Below the pieces are notes generated by a model. It did no database searches. It worked only from the letters and a program-made list of their open reading frames with translations, and had not been told where the DNA came from. This document shows, in pieces, positions 44,230 to 57,182 of a stretch of 64,000 nucleotides of DNA. Within the stretch, counting starts at the first letter, position 1. Each line of letters begins with the position of its first letter. This stretch comes from Guillardia theta CCMP2712. Its lineage: Eukaryota; Protista; Cryptophyta. A program made the translations under genes and the position numbers. The stretch lies in contig NW_005434660.1 in NCBI RefSeq assembly GCF_000315625.1, forward strand, positions 62,001 through 126,000, written 5' to 3'.

Positions 44230-47200
44230 TCAGGGCAAGCGTGATATCTCCTCCTCCAGCTGGTCGGTGAGGACATGGAGCTCGCGGCGGATGTCGGAGG
44301 AGAGCGACTCGCGCGCCCACCTCCTGCACTCGCCCAGCACGAAATTTCTCAGCTCCTTGAAGTGAGCGCGAACTAGGTCCTCGAACCCCATCTGAAGGCG
44401 AGTGAGGAGACGAGGAAGAGAAGCGAGGAGGGCAGGAGGGAGGGAGAGGGGAAGAGGAAGGGAGGACGAGGTGAGGGAGGGAGGGATGGGCAGTGGAAGA
44501 AGCAGGAGGGCAGGGAGGAAGGGGAGGAGGGGACTGGAGGTCACCGGAGGGTTTCGAAGGTGCTCGAGCATGGCATAGCGAACTGTGTTGAGACGGATAG
44601 TGTCGTTGTACTCCCTGCTCCTCCTCCTCCCCTCCGGCGAGGACTTCTGCAGCTCGTACCCTGATTCACCTGTCAACCCTCCACCTCCCTCCTCTCCCTC
44701 TGTGGTTACAAGACCCTTATCGCTCTCCTCCCTCCTCCCTTTCCTGCCCCCTACATCTCGTTTGGTCTAGTTGACAGCAGATAAGAGGGGAGAAGGAGGA
44801 GAGAAGGGGGAGATGATGAAGAGGAGGGAGGGAGGGAGGGAGGGAGGGAGGGAGGGAGGGAGGGAGGGAGGGAGGGAGGGAGGAGCACCGGGTTCATTGA
44901 AGTAAGGTTGATCAACGAGGATGAGGCTCTGGATGGACACAAGAACCTGCGCGGTCTGAGCGCTGCGGGATGAAGCAGAGAAGGAGGCGGAGCAAGGGCA
45001 GCCGTTGTTAGGAGGAGGAGGAGGAGGAGGAGGAGGAGGAGGAGGAGGAGGAGGAGGAGGAGGAGGAGGAGGAGGAGGAGGAGGAGGGAGGAGGGAGGGA
45101 GGAGGAGGACGAGGATGAGGAGAAGCACTACCACCACCATGGTGGAGGATACCTGAAGGAAGGTGCTTGAGGAAGGGTTCCAGGCTTCTCCGTGCCAGGT
45201 GCCCAGGAGGGAGAGGCAGACCTTGCCGTCGGAGTAGAGGTTGGGGTTGAAGCGGACGAGGCCGTTGCCGGTAGTGCGGAGGAGGAGGAGAGGAGGAACG
45301 TCAGGGTAAAGGTCGGGGAAGAAAACATCGAAGAGGAAGAGACCAAGGGCGTACGGGGAGCCTGTGGGGCCGGAGATGGCGACCTGAGCGACGTCCATGC
45401 GCGTCTCGTCGACAAGGAGGAAGATGGCGGCGGCGGGGGAGGAAGGAAGACTTCCTGCTTGTGCGAGAGCATGCAGCTCCTGGACCAGCCGCTTCACCTT
45501 CCTCCTCGATGCCCCGAGCTTGCTCCCGGCTATCTCGTGCCGGAAGCTGTGCCCCACGTACCGCTCCTCCTCCCCCGCCATGTTCGCGTTCCTGAAGCTC
45601 AGGTGCTTCATCGTCTCAGAGTACAAGAGCCTGTCTGCCTCCTCCGGCTCCCACGCCTTCTCCTCGGCCACCTCTTCTTGTCCTTCAGGCTCGGAGGAGG
45701 CGGAGGAGGCGGCGGGCAGGGAGTGAAGGTCGGAGGGCAGGAGGGAGAGGAGGGAGCTGATATCCTCCTCACTCAGAGAGGAGCTGGAGCGCAGCAGGCG
45801 GAGGAAGTGGTCGTAGCCTCCTGCCTCCTCCCTCGCCCTCGCTCGCAGGGCAGCCCGCAAAGTGTCTGCTCCCCTGAGCTGGAGCAGGAGCAGAGCAAAG
45901 CTCTCCATGAGCTGGGAGGGGAGCAGTCCGTAGGAGGAGGCATCCTCCACCAAGAGCCTCTCCCTCCCCTCCCCGCAGACCTGAGAGGCACAGGAGCAGA
46001 AGAATCCTGCAAGCTTGCTCCCCATCTTCTGCGAGCGGCCGAAAGTCTCCTGCACGTCGTGGAAGAGGAGGAGGCGCCGAACAAGCTCCATGCTCCTCCT
46101 CGTCAGGTTCAGAAAGTGGCGGGCGATCCCCTGCAGCTGCCCAAGGAGGACAAGCCGGTCCCTCCTTTCCTGCTCCTGCAGCTTCAGCCAGCGATCGTCC
46201 TTCTGCTCTCGCTGGATGGAGGCGATGTCCGCAAGGCGACTGAGAGCGTCGCTGACAACGAAGACGCAGTCGCTCAGCACGTCATCCAGCAGAGTCTCCA
46301 CCAGCTCCTCCTCCTCCCACTCGTCAAGAAGGAATGCTCCTCCTCCTCCTCCTCCTCCTCCTGCTGACGGCTGCCTCACAGGAGAAAACAGCTGTGCGCC
46401 ACATCCTGCTCCTGCTGCTCCTCCTCCTTCTGCCTCATCACGGGAGAAGAGGAGGAGGAGGCATCCGAGCTTGTACCTTGCAACGTTCTTGTCGAATACA
46501 TGAGCTTCTGATGACAGAATTCCTTGCACATCACAGTAGACCTCTGCCAGCGACCTCCACATCCTCCTCCTCCTCCCTCCCACGTTCCCCTGCGGCCCTG
46601 CAAGGAAATTTGGTTATTTTTCCTCCTCCTCGCCATCGTTCTGCTGCTGCTGCTCCTCCTCCTCCTCCTCCTCCTCTTCCTCCTTCTAGCTGTCCTCCTC
46701 CTCCTCCTCCTTCACCCCCTCGTTGTGCTCCTCCACCCCCTCGTTGCTGCTGCTGCTGCTGCTGCTCCTCCTCCTCCTCCTCCTCGTTGTGCTCCTTCTG
46801 CTCCTCCTCTCAGCTCACCTGAGATGGGATAGAGTCGACTGTCCCAGGCTGGTCGCCGCTGGCTATCGTCTCTCTCGTACAAGTTGAACAGAAATTCCCC
46901 CAGGCGATAACGGAGGAAATTGCTGGTGACAAACGAGATTTGAATATCAGTATCTCGACATCTCAAGAATTGAAATCTCTCCCCAAGATTACGACATTTC
47001 AAATCAAGAAAGTCTCAAAGCTTTCACACTCCATCCCGTCAATATCCCACATTTCAATCGTCTCATCTCAATTTCCGCATCCCGGTGCTCCGCATTTCAA
47101 CTCACTCATCTACATTTCAAATCTTGTGAAACTCCGTTTCTCACCTCACCAAACCTCCAGCTCGCGACAGCAAGTACGGGAAAGAGTCAACGATCCAGGG

Positions 47201-50200
47201 GCAGGCAACTGACTCGCACAAGAAGGAGTGCTGAGATATAGTTTCATGAGCGACGTGTCATGAGAAAGAAAAAAGTCAAATGTCATGAGAAAGAAACAAG
47301 TCAAAGTCACCTCGTCCATCCAGATCATATTGAGGAATTGCAGACAATCTCTCAAGATGCAAGATGGAACAAAACACAGCTTCTCCCTCGTTTCTAGAGC
47401 CCTTTCCTGCACTCCTCCTCCTCCTCCTCCTCCTCCTCCTCCTCCGTCACTCTCGAAGCGGGAGGAGAAGGATGCTATCCAAGACAAGCAGAATCCAACG
47501 AGTCTGAGCACCAGCTCCTGCGTCCCTCCCTGCTCAACCGCTGAGCCTCGAGGAGCGACCAACAAGCACCGAGAGGGGAAGAAGAGGAGCGAAAGCAGTG
47601 CTTGTAGCTCATTCCTTCCCTCCGTCTGCTTCCTCAGGCGGAAAGCTGGGAGGAGGCACTTGTGAAAGCTGAGGAGGAAGAGCGGCCAGATGGCTGAGAT
47701 AAAAGAAGTCTGTCTCTCCTCCTCCTCCTCCTCCTCCTCTTGCACCACCTGCTCTTCCTGATCAGAAACCAACGAATTTCTCCCCTGCTCTCTTCGAGTG
47801 TTTCCCTTCTTCCCCCTCTTTCTCTCTTCTCCAATGCATTCTTCCCCCTCTCCTCTCCCTTCCCTCCCGTCTCCTCCTCCTCCTCCTCCTTCTCATAAAT
47901 TCTGCTCACCTCAGCTGACTCGCAGATGGCTTCTGCTATCTCCTCCGCCTCCTCCCCGCTCATCAAGAACTTGTCCTGCTGCCCCTTGACCTCCTTGCTG
48001 CTCACTTGCTTCTTCTTCCCAAGCGGATCCTCTTGGCCCTCGTCTATGATGAAGCTGTGGCCTTCCATCAGAAGGAGGAGGGGGAAGAGGGGGAGGAGAG
48101 GAAGGAGGAGGAGGAGGAGAAGCAGGAGGAGCAGGAGGAGCAGGAGCAGGAGCAGCCAGACCACATAAGAGTTGTCGAGAGCAGAAGGATGATGTACGAG
48201 ACAACTGGATGGAAAGAGGAGGCGAGGAGGATTGAAGGTGACAGGGCGTATCAAGGAGGAAGGGAACATCTTGACCTGCTGGGATCGAGTCGGGACCAGT
48301 TGCGATGAAGAGCAGAGTGAGGAGCAGCGAAGGGCTCGCAGAGGAGGGCGAGGAGGAAGGAGAGAAGAAGAGCAGCGGCTTCGGGAGATGCGTGTGAGGA
48401 TTTCGAGTCCTCCAACATCTTTTCCTCGTCGAACTGACAACACTGGAAGAGTTTTGCTGGAGGAGAAAGTCGTAAGTTGAGCAGGAGGAAGACAAGACAA
48501 GACAAGACAAGACAAGACAAGACAAGACAAGACAAAAGCAAAGGAGAGAAGAGAGAAGAAGAGAAGGAGAAAAGGAGAGAGGAGAAGACAGGACAAGAGC
48601 GAAGGGAGGGGGAAAGAGGAGGAAGAGGAAGGAGGAGGAGTACAGGAGAAGCGAGGATTAAGGAGGAGAGGACAATGAGTTACCCACCTGCCATCTGAAA
48701 GAAACTTGATCGCAGATCAGCATCGCGCAGATTCAGCGCAGATTTCAGTCCGAAGAGAGAGAGGAGGAGGAAGCGACGGGACTTGTCGTTGTCTTCCCTC
48801 CCTTCTCTCGCCCTGCCGTCTTACGTCACAAGCGCCGACGCTGTCAGGCAGGTACAAGCTCGTCCATCCTCCTAGCATGCAGCAGATCGCACTTGTAGAG
48901 AATTCTGATCATCAACTCAGTCAATGATTCTCCTGCGTATCCCCTCTGCATCTTCCCTTCCTCTCTCCGTCCCTCCCTCTCTCCTCCTCTCCTCCCGCTT
49001 CTCGCTCCTCTCCTTCGACATGTTGCTAATTACCTTGACGGGGCTGTGGGCTCGCTAACAGATTGGTCGATTCTGAGAAAATCTGCAAACATGTAAAGGA
49101 AGAGAGAAGGAGGGATGGAGGAGAAGCAGAAGAAGGCTAGCGAGGACAAGGAAACAGGACGAAGAGGAGGAGGAGGAGGAGGAGGAGGAGGAGGAGGAGG
49201 AGGAGGAGGAGGAGGAGGAGGAGGAGGAGGAGGAGGAGAAGCAGAAGAAGTCTAGCGAGGACAAGGAAACAGGACGAAGAGGAGGAGGAGGAGGAGGAGG
49301 AGGAGGAGGACGAGGAGGAGGAGGAAGAGGAGGAGGAGGAGGAGGACGAGGAGGAAGAGTTACCTTGATCCATGCTGGTCTCAAGAGTGCTTCCCGCATG
49401 CTCCTGCCAATCGCATCGACCCTCCTGTTTCTGCCCTGCTGCTGCTCCTCCTCCTCCCAGACCCCCCGGGCGACGGCGAGGAGGGCAGGGAGCATCCTTT
49501 CCTCCACGTTGATAGAGATCAGAGAGCAAGGGAGATGTTGGGAGAAGAAGCAACTCGACAGTGACTGAGGATGTGATAGGCTCTGAAAGACATCCTTGGA
49601 AAAGTTTTCATGCTGAAACAGGAACGCTGTTTCTCGGCCCAGATCTGCGCAAGTGCAATGAGCAGAACATCTTCGTCAGAGTCCCCACAGACCGGAAGAT
49701 AGGTTATCTGTGGACGATACTGGAGGAACGACATCGGGAGGGAGAGGGAGAGTTCCCTGTTTGAACAGAGTACCAACATTCACCATGACACTCAGTCTTG
49801 CTACTGCTGCGCATGCTGGAGACATGCAGTCCAGCTTCTGCCAGACCCTGAAACACACAAGAAGAGCTATCTCACTCCTCCTCCCTCCTGCGATCTTGAC
49901 GATCTGATCAGGTTGTGATGGTATCGATTTGTACTTGACCCCCCAGAAATCTTCTGTCATCGCTTCACACATCTTTGCGTTCAGGGATGACAAAAGGTCG
50001 TCGAATGAAACAGCATCTTGCAATCACTTTCAAAAGAGTAGAAAACGTGGCAGAGAGCAGCTCACCGGAAACACGGAACCCTGTCTTGTCCAAAATTTCA
50101 AGCTTCAACGCTTCCAGCTCATCGACTTCACAATTAGTTTCTACAGTATCCTCGTTCAACTCGTCATCTGCCAAGACCACATTCCAATCATTCTGATCAT

Positions 50201-51195
50201 CTTTTCCTGCCTCTATCACTTGCTCCGTCTCATGGCGCAAGAGAGGCTCTTCGCTCTTTTCCCTCTCAATCTTTTGTTCGGATTGCAACATGTCATCCTT
50301 CGGATTCAGAATCGAATTGTGTGCATACTTTCGGAGTAAATCATTCTCGATGTCTGAAAATCTGGAGAACAACAAGAACAACAAAACATTCGTCATTCAA
50401 CAAACAAAACGAAGAAGCTGAGACCGTTGCAAGTATTCTTCGCCGATCATCAAGATCTCCTCTTCTCTCCATGGTGCATTGACATCGATTATCGCAGCAC
50501 TCTGACCTGTGAAGCTGTCAAACTGGTGGAGACAGGTCAGGAGTGGCTAACAGATCCAAGTCATGCAGTCATAGAAAGTGCTCGACACCGAAGAAACCTT
50601 GCTCGAGCTCTCTGCATGATGCAGGAGGGATCTGATCGCTGCTCTTGCAGAAAACCCATCCTTGATCAACCTCTGAAAGACACTTTCCGAACTTGATAGA
50701 AACTCCCGAGCTGACTTGAACCTATCTTGACCTACCAAAGTTCCTCCTTTGAGCACCGGGGATCTCCCTTGTTCCTTGCCAAGACTGGGAAACTCTTCTT
50801 CCTCAGAATAGTTTTCGCCACTTTCTTGTAACAAACTGCTACTCTCTTTCCGCCCTCTGTCGTTCTCCAGTTCGATACCCTCCGACGGCACTTCAGACTC
50901 CTCACATTCTATCCCCTCAAACTGCCTTCCATGGCTTTCTTTGCGATGGCTCACAGTAGAAGGTCTGCAAGAAACAACAATGTCACAATCAAAGTTGAAG
51001 TTCAGAAGCAGCTCACTTTGAAAGAGATGAAATCACGACTTCTGCACGGTCGTCTGCTTTTTGCCGCACCATTTTCTTTCGCTGTTCATCGTCCCTGTTC
51101 GTGTGCTTCTTGCCGCAGCTCTTGAGGAAGAGGAAGAAGAGCAAGGGAGCAAGAATCAGCAACAGCAACATCGATTCATCGTCCGACGCCTCCAT
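44230..51195 (-). CDS. Large ubiquitination enzyme: Ufd2/UBE4-core-like region fused to a BIRC6/UBE2O-type UBC domain; 5' extent uncertain
   Basis: UBC: GPTGSPYALGLFLFD, TTGNGLVRFNPNLYSDGKVCLSLLGTW, LVSIQSLIL..PYFNEP. Ufd2-like motifs in the same ORF: YCDVQ...FDKNVARY, SDCVFVVSDALSRLADI, KLAGF....CG...L.VED..YG..P. Confidence 0.8.
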
Positions 51196-52010
51196 CTCTT
51201 CTGGGTAAAGTGTGGGAGCGCTTGTTCTTTCAGCACAACATGCTTCTCTCTGCAAGAGATCCTAACATGAGCTCTTGACGATAGTCAGTAAGAAGCAACC
51301 GAGGAATGAGGGTTGTGATGACTTGATCGATCTTGATTGATACCTTGTCTGAATTGACGATCAGGAGCTGGGGGTGGGGTTGGGGCAAGGGAGGCAAGGG
51401 GGGCAGAAAGAGCAGGAGGGACAAGATCAGGAGCAGGAGGAGCAGGAGGAGCAGGGGGAGCAAGGAGATACTGAGAGCATGGCAGGTGAAAGGCGGACGG
51501 ACATGGCAGGTCGGGGGGGAGCTGGTCGGGCGAATTCCCGCATCATCAAGTCCCCCACGGGGCCGGCCCGGCCCGGGGAACAGTCTGAGTCTGCCACCGA
51601 CTGTGAGTGGTGACGATCCGGCGGATGAACCCGCCGTGGACGGTGACCCCGGGCCCGGTACTGGCAGGCTGACTGCATTGGGGCCGCGCGGGCTCAGTCA
51701 GGGTTCGGGAGCGCCACGGGTTAGGCAGTAGCTAAAATCTGGGCTAATCCGGGAGTCCGATGATCAGTCAATAAACAGACCCTTTTATTGCAATACTCAG
51801 TGTGCTCGTTGAACAGATGAACGTCACAGAGTCTATCCACCACGGGTAATCTGCTTCTCATGATAAAATAACGGCGTAACGAGATATTTGCAATCCGTCT
51901 CGCAGCTTCCCTCACGACCGATGAGAACACTGCGGCAGCATCTGAGATGTGGAAGACGCAACTCCCACATAACACGTTGGTAGTGGGCGAAGTTTAAATC
52001 ATCTTTAGTC

Positions 52011-52126
52011 ACTCAAAGTTAAGTTAAAAAATAGTACGAGGACAATTAGCCGACTCAGCCTGTCGAGGAGGCTTGACCTTTACACTTTTACTCAAAGTTA
52101 AGTCAAAAAAACAGTACGAGGACAAT
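52011..52126 (+). repeat. Pair of ~36-bp imperfect direct repeats (52011-52046, 52090-52126)
   Basis: actcaaagttaagt(t/c)aaaaaa..agtacgaggacaat occurs twice. Confidence 0.85.
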
Positions 52127-52206
52127 CATGACATGGCCACTGATACGGCGAGAAGAGAAGAGACAGCTTGAGTACAGCCGCTTCTTAGTTCCGAGCCCGT
52201 GCCAGG

Positions 52207-53740
52207 CTATTCATCGGGGAAGATCATTCCCTTGAGACCGAACCATGCTCGTATCTTATCCCTCAGCTTCAGCGCCTCCTCCGCCCAGTAGATCGCCTTG
52301 GCCTCCGCCTTGACAGCCCTCTCTGCTGCCTCCTTGGCGTAAACCTGCTTCGAGCGAGCGTTCTGCACGACTCTGGCGGCTTCTTGGAACTTCTTGTCTG
52401 CATGCATCTCGGCCTCTAGCGCGGGGAGTTCAATCTGTGAGTAGTCGGAGGCGTGGTAGGGGCGGGAGGAGATGTACTGCCCGTGAGTGTACAGCTGAAC
52501 TTCCTTCGAGTTGGCCCGGAGCTGCTGGTATGCGTTGTACGTCACTACGTGCCCGTTGAGTTTGTCTCTCGACCACTGCCCCATGTGCTGCGTGCCGTCG
52601 GAAGCTCTTTGTATGCCCCACCCTTCCCTCATCCCGTCCACGTAGCAGCCCTTGTGATACCCTCCGTCAGCTGTTCGGTAGCAGCCGTTGCCCTCGATCT
52701 TTCCGTTCACCACCTCCCCTTGGTAGTAGTCTCCTGCTATCTCCCCGGAGTCCTGTCCCCACGTGTATCTCCCCAGTCCGTTCTTGAGATCGTGGGTCCA
52801 GTCTCCGACGAAGCTCTCGCCATCCTTGTACCTGAGGACGCCCAGCCCATGAAACTTGCCCTTGAGCCACTGACCGATGTACTCGCCTCCTTGCGGCCTG
52901 TTCCCGTTGGGGTTGAACTGATACACTCCCTGCCCTGTGCGCTGCCCAGCAATGTAGCTTCCTCTGTAGACGTCTCCTGCAAACTCTCCTGTGTCGCCAT
53001 AGCGGTAGACGCCCGACCCCTGGAACTTACCTCCCTCCGTGAACTCTCCCATGTAGATATCCCCGTTGAACCAGCACAGCACGCCGCTGGTGTGCGGTTG
53101 ATCCCCCCGCCACAGGCCCAGGTACTCCTCGCCTCCTCCATCTGGAAATGCAGGTTGTCAGGGAACCAGTTCTAGAGGAAGCGCATGGAGAGTACATGGA
53201 GGGTCTGGCCACTTCGCGACACCTCTTCCATCCTTCCTCCCTTCATCGTCTCGCTCCCCGTGATACTTGAGGCGAGTCGCCGCCTTGAGCTTGTACAGGG
53301 TTGACTCAGACAGCAGCATACGAATCACTCCTGCCTTGCGCATCTGACGAATCCAATCGGATATTTCAACCCTGCGTGATCTGCACAAGTCAAGTCACTG
53401 CCTGGTGAGTTTTGCTCGGATATTGCATCAGTTCTTGCAAAGTTCGACTTCGAACGCACCTTTCCCAACGCTTCGGAGGAGGAGGAGCCGGCGTTAGCAG
53501 CCAGCGCCAAAACCCGATGTCGTTCTGCTGAGGGGACTTCTCTCTCCATGACTTCTCGAGCTGGTAGAGGTCAAGCTTGTCTGACTTCTCCTTCTCCAAA
53601 TCGACGTTCTCCTCACTCGCCGAACTCTTGATCGTGTTCTTTGACTTGTCCGTGTTGATAGTCTGTCTGGACTCGACCGAGACGTTGAGGACATCAAGGC
53701 TGTCGGAGGCCTCAGGAGCGACTCTCCTGCTCTTCTTCAT
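52207..53740 (-). CDS. MORN-repeat protein with C-terminal coiled coil
   Basis: Multiple YxGxW..G..xGxG repeats (YIGQWLKGKFHGLG, FVGDWTHDLKNGLG, and others). Confidence 0.9.
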
Positions 53741-54267
53741 CCTATCTGCACGGCATGAGCTTGCTAAGCTCCGAACACCCCAGTCTCCCTCCTCCTCCTC
53801 CTCGTCCCTCTACTACAAGCGAATTTGACAAGGCGGCTAACCGACTTCGAATTTTTACTCACTTGAACAGCTTCTTAGGCGACTCAGAGGACAGCAACTG
53901 AAACACTTGCAACAATAAAGCGAGTCACTGTCAAGTGTAGCCCTTCAAGCGGGTTTATTCAAGTGCTGGCCCTGGTATGGTACAGCACTCGTATCATGCC
54001 CGGCCTTTGTACACTCAATATATATGATATCGCAGTGAGAAGAAGAAACGAGGAAGATCTTTTACTATAGCACTGCTAAGGTGAAGGACTGGGAACTGAA
54101 TGAAAGAGCAATAAAGTCCCAGTCAAGTTCTCTTGGCCTTCGACAGCCTCAGGTTATCGCTCAGAACTGAGATAAGCTCTGCATCAACTCTCTTCGACGC
54201 TCTAGAAATTCATCTTTCCTGTACAGTCCAGGCTCACAATACAAAACGAACTTTGGATCTCACTAAC

Positions 54268-56293
54268 TCACATTCGGTTGTTCTGCGCATACACCACCAG
54301 CCCGCTTTGCAGCATCCTCCTCCACAACCTTTCGACTCTTGTCAAGATAGTTCGCTCTGCAAGCTCTCGCTCGATCTCACCCGATCCTGTGAGATATTGG
54401 CGCCTCTCCCTGACTCTCATCTGAAGTATCGTCAAGTGGAGCAGGAACAGCCGGGAGAAGCAACAGGGGAGGGGAGGGAGGGGAGTGAGTAAGTGAGAGA
54501 GAGAGAGAGGGAGGGAGGGAGGGAGGGAGGGAGGGAGGGAGGGAGGGTGGGAGGGAGGGAGGGAGGGAGGGAGGGAGCGAGGGAGGGGGAATGGGAGGAG
54601 ATTGCCTTGCTCGTCCAAGTCGACGCGAAGTAGCAGTGAGATGTCGTGAACCGAGTCGTGGGGGAGGATCCCCCACGAGCCTCTGTGACAAGAGCTCAAG
54701 GGAGGCTAGACAACATCGACCCAACCTCGAGATCTCTCCCAGCAGCTGCATCCTGCGGCCAACCATCGTCATCCCTCGACACAAGGCCAGCAGCCCTCAC
54801 CTCGTCCACGTGGCATGTCCAAGAAAGATGTAGACGGGCACACAGATCTTGCCTTCCTTGTCTGATTTCTGAATCCCACACTCTGAGAGCATGAGGGCAA
54901 CTACAAGGGAAGGGACCGGAGAAATACGTCAGAGCGTGCAATAGCGACATGTCAAGATCTTTCTACCTTCCTTTGCATCGCCGAATATTCCAAAGGATTG
55001 TTCACCTGCAGAGCAACTTCAGGGTCCAGGGCTGGCAAGAATTTCTCTTTACCCTGGCATATAACAGATACGCTGCTATTCTCTTGCATACCATCCACTG
55101 AGCTCACAAACTTTGGAACGAAGAGATGTCATCGCAAGGCTCTGGCACGTTTGGCTCCTCACTCACCCCGACTGCTAGAGCGTGATCAGGCATGACAGGT
55201 CCACCCCGGAAGTAGTATGGCTGGCAGAAGACGTCAGCATGCTTGTCTTAGGGAGTTGGGGCAAGTTGCCTCAAGTTTCGACTCAGTGCTGCCCAGCGAT
55301 GAGATAAACTCGTTCAGCTCTGATTGGATCTCCTGATCAACGAGGAGTGAGCGACATCGCGGACAAGGACAAGCGAAAGAATAAGAAGAAATCTCAGACG
55401 AGACAAACAGCAACCAAGGCCCTGCAAGCTGATATCTCACCCGTACGTTGTCCGTTGCGTCCATGATAGCCGTCACATTGACACCCTTCACAGCATCTCC
55501 CGGCAGCAGCTGCCCCTACTTATCCATCACATCTTTCTTCTTTTCAGTCTTCATTCACCTCAGTCTCCTGCACGACTCTTGTTATGAGGTAAACTGCTCG
55601 ATTCCAATGGGACCATCTCCGATGGAACAACACCTTGAATCAAGTCATTCCCCACCCACCGCCGCCCTTGTCACCTCCAGCAACGTCGGCGATTCCGAGT
55701 TGCGAAGCAAGTTTTCGTTTTCCGTTGAGATGAGGGCGAGGCCACTAGAGATATCTAGATCAACAAAGTCACCGATGCCTTGAACGTCATGTCATGAAAC
55801 GCACATCGAGGCGGAACTCCACTGATCTCGGCTATGATGTCCATCCTTGACGCAGGGGGGCAGTTGAAGGGTTGACGACAGACGCTGCAGATCTTATGTC
55901 TGGGTGAGAGAGGATCAGCAAAGGAGCGCGCTGAAGGTAGTCAACTTACCTTTCATCCTGTGATTGGAAGAGCGGATGGTTGGGTGAGCTGATCTGGACG
56001 GAGAATTGCCAAGTTTTCAGGCATTTGCTGTGAATGTACTTCTGACTTCCAGTGCAGTTGCAAGGAGAGATCAACGGGTTGTCTTCATCGTCTTCATGGT
56101 CAAAGCAGATTCGACAGTACCGCTCACTCTCTATCGCCTCAGATGTCTCTCCGACATCCATTTGCTGATGCTCATGTGCTGCATCGTCGCTCGCAGCATC
56201 CTCAGGGTTCAGATCAGGTTCTGATTGTGAGGATCGCTCTGAAGCATCTTCCAAAGCCTCGACATCTGCAGGAACATCTTCGTTGCTGGACAT
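54268..56293 (-). CDS. RING-CH (RINGv) protein fused to a DUF179/AlgH-like domain
   Basis: CRICF...LISPCNCTGSQKYIHSKCLKTW...CSVC. Downstream exons encode YFRGGPV and FSGHATW..|QLLGEI...WG. Confidence 0.75.
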
Positions 56294-57182
56294 CAACGTA
56301 GGCCTGAATTCTCAATTAGACCACAAGAATGGATGACATGTCATATCAGGGATCGACAGAAGACATGTTGTTTGAACACCCTCTCCGTCATCACTTCTGA
56401 TAGTCTATCTACCTGATCTATATCGTGCTTTCATCCCTGTACTCTCCATATAGACACGAAAAACTCCCAACACCTTCCTGAGTCTCCGTCCAACAAACTC
56501 TTAACCCTACATGAATTGCAGCAGAACCAGGCTGATCTAGCTGCACCAATCATTGCAGCATCATCTCTCGTTACAACTCACCTTGTCTCTCCCTCCCTGC
56601 CCCGTCCCTCGCTCCCACCCTCCTCCCCTCGTCCTCTCTGACTAACACCATATTGATCTACGGCTCTAGTTGCGCTACCCTATGTACCCTCCTCCCCCCT
56701 CCTCCCCACTCAACTCTGAGGCTGGCCCGGACATATATTTTTGTTAATACTCTGCCGCAGCACGTGCCGCATGCAGAAATGGCGGGGATGGAGGAGGGAG
56801 GGGGAGAAAGGGGGGGAGAGGGAGGCGAGGAGGAAGGGGAGGGGCGAGAGACGAAGGGATAGGAGGGATAGGAAGGATTGAGGGGCTAGAGCAAGGAACA
56901 TCTGAAAGTAGCAATAGGTCTGCAGCATGTCATAGTAGTCACGATCCATGTTCTTAACTTGTCGTTTCTGATCTCTTCTTTGCAGTCGTTGACACCTCCT
57001 CTCTTTCATACGGCCTGTCCAACATTCTTGCTTTCGGGAGATCAAGTTTGTCAGCAGCAGCTGCTCGGCAGAACTGTTTTGCTTCAGGCCCGCCCGTTCT
57101 ATCCCCCAGCCGCCAATACAACTTTGCATGCCCTGCTAGAAGATCGGTGTCTGGGAGGAGATCGATACTTACCTTGCAGCTC

